Shown: positions 7,079-13,560 of the stretch, one piece after another
Numbering within the stretch: the stretch's first letter is position 1
Layout: every line of letters begins with the position of its first letter
NCBI GenBank assembly: GCA_049973735.1
Contig: JBMFJL010000009.1
Location: 1-14,702, forward strand
DNA length: 14,702 bases
Reading direction: 5' to 3'
From: Nanopusillaceae archaeon
Lineage (GTDB): Archaea > Nanobdellota > Nanobdellia > Nanobdellales > Nanobdellaceae
The notes under the pieces: model-generated
Databases searched by the model: none
Seen by the model: the letters and a program-made list of their open reading frames with translations, nothing else
Told to the model about the DNA's origin: nothing
Made by a program: the position numbers and the translations under genes

Positions 7079-7379
7079 AGATATCCAGAATAATATATTA
7101 TATTCAGAAGTAGATTTATATAAATTTTTTGATTATCTAATAAAAAAATACAATGCTGTAATAAAAAATAAAAAAGTTATTATCTCTCTGAATGAAAATT
7201 TTTCATCATTTTATTTAGAAACTGATAAATTTACAATTGCCTTAAGTTTTTGGGAAAAAATAAATATATGTTATATATATATTTCACATTCAAAAGACCC
7301 TTTTATAATATATAATGAATTGAAGGAATTGCTAAAGCCAAAATATTGGAGCGTGTCCGAATATAAAGAAACAAAGTAA
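7056..7379 (+). CDS. Hypothetical 107-aa protein (orphan) coupled to the herA-like gene
   Basis: ATG 7056 lies 23 nt inside the herA 3' end, whose stop TAG is at 7076-7078. The ORF exactly fills what would otherwise be a 336-nt gap in a genome whose spacers are otherwise 197 nt or less. Its composition (K/I/N/Y/E-rich) matches its neighbours. The alternating beta/alpha-like pattern includes no motif I recognise. Confidence 0.58.
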   Translation: MEIKVIFRDIQNNILYSEVDLYKFFDYLIKKYNAVIKNKKVIISLNENFSSFYLETDKFTIALSFWEKINICYIYISHSKDPFIIYNELKELLKPKYWSVSEYKETK

Positions 7380-7385
7380 ATATCC

Positions 7386-7395
7386 CTTATATAAG
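7386..7395 (+). promoter_or_regulatory. Possible internal promoter (palindromic TATA-like element) upstream of the helicase gene
   Basis: CTTATATAAG is a perfect 10-bp palindrome. Its TTATATAA core (7387-7394) ends 20 nt before ATG 7415, the same spacing seen at other gene starts in this window. It could equally be chance in AT-rich DNA. Confidence 0.25.
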
Positions 7396-7414
7396 TAATC
7401 ATTAATAAATTATT

Positions 7415-10009
7415 ATGGATATAGAAAACATCAAAAATAAGTTTATAGAGGAATTTAAAGATCATGTTGTTGGCGTTAAATTAATTGAAAATAAGGAACC
7501 TGTTCATGAAGAGTTTATATTTAAAAATAAGGAATTAAATGAATATTTAAATTCAATTAATTTTAAGCTTTATAAACATCAAGTAGACGCACTGAAATTA
7601 TTGTATAATAATAAAAATGTAATTGTTACTACACCAACTGCCTCTGGCAAATCTCATATATTTAGATTATATATTATTGATAATATAATTTCATATCCAA
7701 ATAGAACTTTTCTACTTATATATCCATTAAGAGCACTATTATATGATCAATATGAAAAATTTGAAATGTTAATAAAAGATTTTGAAAATTATACAGGAAA
7801 AAAACTAAATATAAAGATGAAATTCATATTGGGAGATCTAAAATATAGCGAAAAAGAAAAAATAATAAGAGAAAGACCCAATTTAATATTTACTACTATA
7901 GATAATTTACATTTATATATATTAAAAAACCATGATAAATTGTTTTATTTCTTTAAGAATTTGGATTTAATTGTTGTTGATGAATTACATTCTTATAAGG
8001 GAGTTTTCGGAACGAATTCCGCATATACCTTTAGAAGATTAATTAGATTGCTAAAATATTTTTACAAAAATAACAATTTCAAGATACTTGCATTGTCCGC
8101 AACATTAAAGAATCCGGTAGAATTTGCGAAAAAAATGTTTGATTTAGACTTTGAATTGATAGACAAAGATTATAGTAAAAGATATAAAAAATATATTATC
8201 GCTATAGATCCAAAACATTCAAATTCGCGATTTATACTAAAAAGAGCTATAAGAATATTACTAGAAAACAATATAAAGTCCTTAGTATTTATCGAATCAA
8301 AGAAAGGAGTTGAATTAATGAAATTAGATATATCAGACTTAGATAAGGAAAATAAAATATATACATATAAAGCAAGTTATTTGAGAGAAAAAAGAAAAGA
8401 AATTGAACAAAAATTTAAAAATAACGAATATCAAATATTAATAACTACATCAGCATTGGAATTGGGTATCGATATAGGAGAAATAACATCTGTATTAAAT
8501 TATGGAATACCTAGAGATGGTATTTCATCTATAATACAGAGATTTGGTAGGGCAGGAAGAATTTCAGATGGTATAAATATCATGGTATTTAAAAAGGATG
8601 CTTTAGACTTCTATTATTCTAGTAATATACAAGAATTTTTTAATAGAATAGAAAAAAACAAATTAGATAATATTCCATTGAATCTTGATAATGAAAGAAT
8701 CGTAAAAAGACATTTATTATATTTAATAAATGAGTTTGGTAGAATAGATATAAATATTTTAAGCGATATTGAAAGAAAATATCTAGAAGAGTTTGAAAAA
8801 AATAATATTGTAAAGAGATTTAAAGATCCATTATTGGGTAAAGAATATTTTAAATTAAATGAAACTCCAATATATTCTGGGTTAAGAAATATATCCGATA
8901 AAGTATACTATATAGTAGATTTAACTAAAGAAGAAGAAGAAATGATAAAAAGGATAAAAAGGAAAGATACATTAAACAAAGTTATAAATATGTTGAAGGG
9001 AAACGGAAAGATACTAGAAGAAATGGATGAATATGCATTCTATGAATATTTATTACCTGGTATGGTATATTATTCAAATGGTAAATCGATAAGAATAACA
9101 GATTTTTATGCAATACATAACGTGGTCTTTGTATTCTTTAGACCGGAGGTACCGTATATAGAAACCAGCCCAATTTATTATGAGGATGTCAAAATAATAA
9201 ATTCGATAGATAAAAAAGTAATAAATGATTGGGAAATATATTTAGGAGAAATCAAAGTAAGAAAAGAATACATAGGATATATAGAGAAATATAAATCTGG
9301 TACAGATTATATACAAAATATAAACTATTATGAGAATCCTATTATTCACGAATTTATTACTAAGGCTATCTGGATAGTACTACCAGAAAAATACAAAAAG
9401 GCTGAAAATTTATATATAAATTATTTTAAAAGCAAATTAGATGAGTACATAAAGAAAAAAGGATACAAAATTAATTTAGAAGAATTATATAATTTCTCCA
9501 TAACTATAAGTAAAGACTTTTTTTATGAAAAATATAGAGGTTTAGCATCAAAAAAGATAAAGGAAATAATAGATGAATTTTTAGAAAGAAATTATAATAT
9601 CAAGGATAAAATATTGTCTTTTTTAGTAAAAAAGTTGATAGATTATCAAACTGCATTTCATTCTGGTATACATGCAATAGAGCATAATATAATAAAAATA
9701 TCTCCAATAGTAACAAATGTGGATTCGCAAGAGTTAGGTGGATATTCATATCCTATACATCCTCAAACGAATAAACCAACAATATTTATATATGAAGGAT
9801 ATGAATCCGGAGTAGGTTTATCAGAAATATTATTTAATAATATAGAAAAACTGATAAAAAAATCTATAAGGTCTGTATTTGCTTGTAAATGTTTGGATGG
9901 ATGCCCAAAATGTATATATTCTTCAAAATGCGGTAATTATAATGAATACTTAGACAAGTATGCAGGCAGGTTTATATATAAAATATTTCTGGATAAGAAG
10001 GATGGCTAA
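7415..10009 (+). CDS. SF2 DEAD/DEAH-box helicase with C-terminal DUF1998 (MrfA/YprA-type zinc-binding) domain, COG1205 type
   Basis: 864 aa with a full helicase motif set:
- HQVDAL (Q-like)
- motif I TPTASGKSH (nt 7631-7657)
- Ia YPLRALLYDQ
- II DELH (nt 7979-7990)
- III LSATL
- V TSALELGIDIG
- VI QRFGRAGR

The middle region has the family-typical GLRNISDKVYYIVD and EMDEYAFYEYLLPGMVYYSNGKSIRI. The C-terminus has HSGIHAIEH, IFIYEGYESGVG and the Cys cluster C824-K-C826-LDG-C830-PK-C833-IYSSK-C839-GNYNEYLDK (nt ~9884-9931). Confidence 0.88.
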   Translation: MDIENIKNKFIEEFKDHVVGVKLIENKEPVHEEFIFKNKELNEYLNSINFKLYKHQVDALKLLYNNKNVIVTTPTASGKSHIFRLYIIDNIISYPNRTFLLIYPLRALLYDQYEKFEMLIKDFENYTGKKLNIKMKFILGDLKYSEKEKIIRERPNLIFTTIDNLHLYILKNHDKLFYFFKNLDLIVVDELHSYKGVFGTNSAYTFRRLIRLLKYFYKNNNFKILALSATLKNPVEFAKKMFDLDFELIDKDYSKRYKKYIIAIDPKHSNSRFILKRAIRILLENNIKSLVFIESKKGVELMKLDISDLDKENKIYTYKASYLREKRKEIEQKFKNNEYQILITTSALELGIDIGEITSVLNYGIPRDGISSIIQRFGRAGRISDGINIMVFKKDALDFYYSSNIQEFFNRIEKNKLDNIPLNLDNERIVKRHLLYLINEFGRIDINILSDIERKYLEEFEKNNIVKRFKDPLLGKEYFKLNETPIYSGLRNISDKVYYIVDLTKEEEEMIKRIKRKDTLNKVINMLKGNGKILEEMDEYAFYEYLLPGMVYYSNGKSIRITDFYAIHNVVFVFFRPEVPYIETSPIYYEDVKIINSIDKKVINDWEIYLGEIKVRKEYIGYIEKYKSGTDYIQNINYYENPIIHEFITKAIWIVLPEKYKKAENLYINYFKSKLDEYIKKKGYKINLEELYNFSITISKDFFYEKYRGLASKKIKEIIDEFLERNYNIKDKILSFLVKKLIDYQTAFHSGIHAIEHNIIKISPIVTNVDSQELGGYSYPIHPQTNKPTIFIYEGYESGVGLSEILFNNIEKLIKKSIRSVFACKCLDGCPKCIYSSKCGNYNEYLDKYAGRFIYKIFLDKKDG

Positions 10010-10043
10010 AGATTTTTAAATAAAGATAGATGTATATTGTATA

Positions 10044-10259
10044 ATGAGGACAATGTATATGTCTAGAGGATCTGCCTTTATTGTTGCTATGTTTATAGCT
10101 GCGCTTATATTGGTAGGATATTCCTACTATACTACAGGAACTCCTTTTGAGGGTATATATCATATTGTAGACATATTTAAAAGCAATCCTGTACAAATAG
10201 GTGTAATATCATTTATAGCATTTATAACTGGATATCTCTTGGGCAGATCTTCTTATTAA
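10044..10259 (+). CDS. Small membrane protein, two predicted TM helices
   Basis: 71 aa with two hydrophobic stretches, SAFIVAMFIAALILVGYSYY and VQIGVISFIAFITGYLLG. A TATA-like TTTAAATA (10015-10022) ends 21 nt before ATG 10044. The competing minus-strand ORF (9972-10196) has an implausible sequence and overlaps the helicase 3' end. Confidence 0.5.
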   Translation: MRTMYMSRGSAFIVAMFIAALILVGYSYYTTGTPFEGIYHIVDIFKSNPVQIGVISFIAFITGYLLGRSSY

Positions 10260-10343
10260 ATATATTTTCAATTTTATTCAATCCTTTACTTGTACATAGT
10301 GATTTAAATTACAATTTATTAACTTTTATTCAAATTATTATTA

Positions 10344-11096
10344 ATGAAGGTCGTTTTACCTCAAGCAAAAGAATTAAAAAGTGTAATACCAGCAGTAGTG
10401 AGCTTCCTATCTGAAGGAACTTTCAGAGCAAAAAGTGATGGAATATTTTTGTCTTCATTGGATCCAGCAAATGTAGCAATAATACTATTAGATTTGTATC
10501 CAAATATGTTTACAGAATATGACATAGAAGAAGAGGAAGAAAAATTTACTATAAATTTAGAAGATTTTAAGAAAATATTATCAAAGGTAAAATTGAAGGA
10601 ACAAATAGAATTAAGGTTGGATAAAAATAAAAATAAGTTTATAATAACCGTCAAAGGAAAAACAGTAAGAACATTTACTTTACCATTAATTGAAACAGAA
10701 TCAGAATTTCAGCACGATATATCAAATCTTGATTTGCCAATAAAGATCGAAATGGATTCTAAGGCATTCTATGAAATTGTAGAGGATGCAAAGGTAATTG
10801 CTGATGAATTAAAAATAAAGGCAGATCCCGATGAAAATAAAATAATATTTAGCGCAGAAGGAGAATTAAAGGACATGGTAGTTGAATTAACCCCACAAAG
10901 TGAAAGTGTACTATCAATGGAGATACCAAAAAAAGGAACTGCAAAGTATTCAATAGATTATCTGTATAAATTATCAAAAGTAGCGAAAATATCAGATACA
11001 TTAACATTGAAATTTGATGACGAAAAGCCTTTATGGATAGATTATAGGTCTACTGATAAATTCAAGTTTGGTTTTGTCCTAGCTCCAAGAGAATAA
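10344..11096 (+). CDS. pcn: DNA polymerase sliding clamp PCNA
   Basis: 250 aa. It has a two-domain PCNA layout, an acidic interdomain region, AKYSIDYLYKLSKVAKISDTLTLKFDDEKPLWIDY, and the diagnostic C-terminus FKFGFVLAPRE. Confidence 0.92.
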   Translation: MKVVLPQAKELKSVIPAVVSFLSEGTFRAKSDGIFLSSLDPANVAIILLDLYPNMFTEYDIEEEEEKFTINLEDFKKILSKVKLKEQIELRLDKNKNKFIITVKGKTVRTFTLPLIETESEFQHDISNLDLPIKIEMDSKAFYEIVEDAKVIADELKIKADPDENKIIFSAEGELKDMVVELTPQSESVLSMEIPKKGTAKYSIDYLYKLSKVAKISDTLTLKFDDEKPLWIDYRSTDKFKFGFVLAPRE

Positions 11097-11115
11097 CAAT
11101 TTTTATACTATATAC

Positions 11116-11137
11116 CCCTTATTTTTGTTCTTAAGGG
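11116..11137 (+). terminator. Possible PCNA terminator: short hairpin with T-rich loop
   Basis: CCCTTA (11116-11121) pairs with TAAGGG (11132-11137) across the 10-nt loop TTTTTGTTCT. It starts 20 nt after the PCNA stop. Archaeal termination typically uses oligo-T tracts, and the hairpin may be incidental. Confidence 0.3.
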
Positions 11138-11262
11138 TAATTTATAATATTTCCATAGATAAATATGGGACAAGGTTGTCCGGTTAAGTATATTTGACAT
11201 ATATCATATACCCAGGAGACATAAAGTACTTGTTGAGGTCTTAAGAAGGAAGATTAGAAAAA

Positions 11263-11270
11263 TTTTATAA
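11263..11270 (+). promoter_or_regulatory. TATA-like box for the histone gene
   Basis: TTTTATAA is preceded by the purine-rich, BRE-like AGAAAA and ends 23 nt before ATG 11294, which suggests a leaderless mRNA. Confidence 0.35.
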
Positions 11271-11293
11271 ATCGGTGCAATAATATATATTTT

Positions 11294-11536
11294 ATGGCAA
11301 GAGGTGAAAGAGGAATTCCAATGGCAGTTGTTGAAAGGATCCTAAAGCAAAAGGGAGAGCAAGCAGGTGTAACAAGAGTCTCAGACAGGGCAATAAGATT
11401 TATGAAGGAACAACTAGAAGAAATAGCATTAGAAATTGCACAAAATGCAGTATCATTAGCAACACACGGAAAGAGAACAACAGTAAAAGGAGAGGATGTA
11501 AAGTTGGCAGTAAAGGCAGTATTGAAGAAAATGTAA
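11294..11536 (+). CDS. Archaeal histone (HMf-type histone fold) with 4-residue loop-L1 insertion
   Basis: 80 aa. It aligns by eye to HMfB along the whole fold: IPMAVVERILK...RVSDRAIRFMKEQLEEIALEIAQNAVSLATHGKRTTVKGEDVKLAVKAV versus [65 protein letters not shown]. It has 4 extra residues in L1, and a 7-aa N-terminal extension MARGERG. Confidence 0.9.
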   Translation: MARGERGIPMAVVERILKQKGEQAGVTRVSDRAIRFMKEQLEEIALEIAQNAVSLATHGKRTTVKGEDVKLAVKAVLKKM

Positions 11537-11555
11537 AGGCCATAAACTTAAAAAA

Positions 11556-11567
11556 TTTTTCTATTTT
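11556..11567 (+). terminator. Oligo-T tracts downstream of the histone gene
   Basis: TTTTTCTATTTT starts 20 nt after the TAA stop (11534-11536). This fits oligo-T intrinsic termination in archaea. Confidence 0.3.
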
Positions 11568-11612
11568 AAAACATACTAAAAATTTATAAGAGTCTTTTTA
11601 TAACTATGTTAT

Positions 11613-12224
11613 ATGGACCTGGCGAGTAGGGCTTCTTTAGAAGAAGAGCTTTATTTAAGATCTCTAACGAGTTATTTGGTTGGCAGAGAAATCTTTGAAG
11701 GATACAACAATATAGCGGTAATAGCATATCCGGATAGAATATGTTCTGCAATGGCAAGTTCTTTAGTAGTAGCATTGATAGAAAAGAGAGGGTATAAAGA
11801 TAAAGTAGCAAAAATTTACCTATATGATGAAAATAAAATAGAGGAAGTGGCAAAAGAAATAGTAAAGAACAATCATGATGTAATATATATATCTTACGGT
11901 GGTGAACAAAAGTTATCATATGTATCAGAAATAACAAAGAAAACACTATTAGCACTAAAAAGAGCTGGATATAAAAATTCGCTAGTATTGCATGTAAGAG
12001 TTTGGTTAGCAACCAAACAATTATCCAATATATTAGATCAAGAAATAAAGGAATATTTAAGATCATTAAAAGAAATTAGAGTATTTGCAGTAGATTTACA
12101 GAATAAATTGTTTATATTTAATAAAGTGAAAATAGAGGATCAAGTGAGATTAGAAAAATATTCTGAAGAAAAATTGACAGATGAACATGTACATCTATTG
12201 AAAATCTCTGTTCCACCCCAATAA
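11613..12224 (+). CDS. Hypothetical 203-aa protein, alpha/beta pattern, family not recognised
   Basis: The ATG start is preceded by ATTTATAA (11582-11589), which ends 23 nt upstream. The composition is plausible for a real protein. Alternating hydrophobic strands and helices (NIAVIAYPDRICSAMASSLVVALIEKRGY, KIYLYDEN, HDVIYISYGGEQ) suggest a Rossmann-like or DHH-like alpha/beta domain. The antisense ORF 11584-12066 is a low-complexity shadow. Confidence 0.6.
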   Translation: MDLASRASLEEELYLRSLTSYLVGREIFEGYNNIAVIAYPDRICSAMASSLVVALIEKRGYKDKVAKIYLYDENKIEEVAKEIVKNNHDVIYISYGGEQKLSYVSEITKKTLLALKRAGYKNSLVLHVRVWLATKQLSNILDQEIKEYLRSLKEIRVFAVDLQNKLFIFNKVKIEDQVRLEKYSEEKLTDEHVHLLKISVPPQ

Positions 12225-12255
12225 TTTTTTTAATTTCAGAAATATATTTTTCTAA

Positions 12256-12918
12256 ATGGACTATAAAATAATAGGTTCAGATATACAGCACTTGTTGATT
12301 AATCTAAACCCGGGGGAAAAGGTATATCTAAATCCTGGATATCTAATATGGAAAGATAGTACTGTAAAATTAAATGTAAAAGTTAAAGGAGGTATACTTT
12401 CAGGTATGGCTAGATTATATAGAGGATCATCATTTTTCCTGTTGGAAGCAGAAGGGCCGGGCTTTGTTGATCTAACGAGTAGATTTTTTGGTAAAATTAT
12501 AGATATAGATTTAAATAATAGTACTATTTTTGTAGATCATGAAGGTTTTGTTGCAGCTCAGAATGATGTAGATTATGATTTTTCTATTACAAGATTTGGT
12601 TTTGGTGTTTTTGGTAAACAAGGACTTATATTTGCCAAATTTTCTGGTACTGGTAAATTATTTATAAGTGCACCTGGAGATATTATAATGGTTCAATTAA
12701 ATGGGAATAGAACTATAGAAATAGAGGCAGGACATGTTTTAGCATATGAGCCAGGAGTTAAATTATCAATTACGAGGGTTAGAGGATTTAGAACAATGTT
12801 ATTTGGGAAGGAAGGTTTGTTCTTTGTTAGAGCAAGTGGTGTTGGAAGAGTCTGGATAAAATTATATACTATAAAAGAATTATTAAAGAAATTAGTACCA
12901 GAAGCTTATCTCTACTAG
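12256..12918 (+). CDS. AIM24 / TIGR00266-family (DUF124) protein
   Basis: 220 aa. The beta-rich sequence has family-typical segments: GSDIQHLLINLNPGEKVYLNPGYLIW, GGILSGMARLYRGSSFFLLEAEGPG, EGFVAAQNDVDYD, GKLFISAPGDII, AGHVLAYEPGV, and GKEGLFFVRASGVGRVWI. Confidence 0.75.
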   Translation: MDYKIIGSDIQHLLINLNPGEKVYLNPGYLIWKDSTVKLNVKVKGGILSGMARLYRGSSFFLLEAEGPGFVDLTSRFFGKIIDIDLNNSTIFVDHEGFVAAQNDVDYDFSITRFGFGVFGKQGLIFAKFSGTGKLFISAPGDIIMVQLNGNRTIEIEAGHVLAYEPGVKLSITRVRGFRTMLFGKEGLFFVRASGVGRVWIKLYTIKELLKKLVPEAYLY

Positions 12919-13559
12919 TTATTTTTTGATTTTTTGTAATATTCGCAATATTCTTTTATTTTACACAAATCACACCTGGGATTCATTGGTTTACAAATAT
13001 TCCTTCCAAAAATTACAAAAGTAAAATTGATATCTTTCCAATATTTTTCAGGAACAATTTTATATAATTCTCTTTCTGTTTCTTCAGGATTCTTAGTGTT
13101 AACAATACTTAGCCTATTAAATATTCTATGAACATGAGTGTCTACAGCAATATAGTTTTTATTGCATACAATTATTAAATATACATTTGCAACTTTTCTT
13201 CCAACTCCAGGCAAGGATCTTATATATTCTTCATCACAGTATTTATTGTAATCCCATAAATTTGCAATTTCTTTTATCCATTTTGCTTTATTATTATATA
13301 ATCCAATATCTTTTATTGTATCTTTTATCTCTTCTAAAGATGCTCTTTTAAAATCTTCTAAACTTTTAAATTTACTAAACAATCTTTCAGATACTTCAAA
13401 TGTTTTTTCTTCTCTAACTCTTATAGATAATAAAATTGTAATTAATACTTTAAATGGATCCTTATATTTTTCCCATATATATGGAGATGCAAGCTTTTCA
13501 TTAATATTATTTTCATCTATTGTCTCCTTTACACCTTTAATGATCTTTTCTATATCCAT
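12915..13559 (-). CDS. nth: Endonuclease III (HhH-GPD DNA glycosylase/AP lyase with 4Fe-4S cluster)
   Basis: 214 aa. The HhH-GPD motif is LPGVGRKVANVYL, with the catalytic Lys in GRK. AVDTHVHRIFNRL carries the catalytic Asp. The C-terminal cluster CKPMNPRCDLCKIKEYC has the C-x6-C-x2-C-x5-C spacing. Confidence 0.9.
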   Translation of the reverse strand: MDIEKIIKGVKETIDENNINEKLASPYIWEKYKDPFKVLITILLSIRVREEKTFEVSERLFSKFKSLEDFKRASLEEIKDTIKDIGLYNNKAKWIKEIANLWDYNKYCDEEYIRSLPGVGRKVANVYLIIVCNKNYIAVDTHVHRIFNRLSIVNTKNPEETERELYKIVPEKYWKDINFTFVIFGRNICKPMNPRCDLCKIKEYCEYYKKSKNN

Positions 13560-13560
13560 T

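Noticed and set aside
7056-7379. The idea that the 107-aa ORF is a NurA nuclease, the usual HerA partner
   Set aside because: NurA proteins are roughly three times longer, and I see none of their conserved acidic catalytic motifs. It is at best an unrelated small partner.
7271-7465. Minus-strand 64-aa ORF spanning the orphan/helicase junction
   Set aside because: It is antisense to two co-directional genes and to the putative helicase promoter. Its Ile/Phe/Tyr-rich low-complexity sequence marks it as a shadow ORF.
5462-10009. Reading the apparent extra AT-richness of the herA/helicase cassette as evidence of horizontal acquisition
   Set aside because: Other poorly conserved genes here (rnhB, nth, the M16 homolog) look equally AT-rich. 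The GC-richer genes are the highly conserved or highly expressed ones (histone, KaiC-like). I could not compute GC or GC3, and no mobile-element genes flank the cassette.
9972-10196. Minus-strand 74-aa ORF overlapping the helicase 3' end and the 2-TM ORF
   Set aside because: The sequence is implausible (Tyr/Ser/His/Ile-rich with no structure pattern). The plus-strand alternative has clean TM helices and a spaced TATA-like box.
10361-10654. Minus-strand 97-aa ORF inside PCNA
   Set aside because: It is a shadow ORF of a high-confidence gene.
11130-11245. Two CTTAAG palindromes plus a GTTAAG in the PCNA-histone spacer, considered as a specific repeated operator
   Set aside because: CTTAAG also occurs elsewhere in the window (for example near 263 and 7243) at about the frequency expected for this base composition. 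The local enrichment is mild, so it is kept only as a detail of the spacer finding.
11584-12066. Minus-strand 160-aa hydrophobic ORF opposite the 203-aa ORF
   Set aside because: It superficially looks like a membrane protein. However, it is Leu/Phe/Ile/His low-complexity sequence typical of the antisense of a K/E-rich gene, it lacks discrete TM segments, and it runs through the plus-strand promoter. The plus-strand ORF has the more protein-like sequence.
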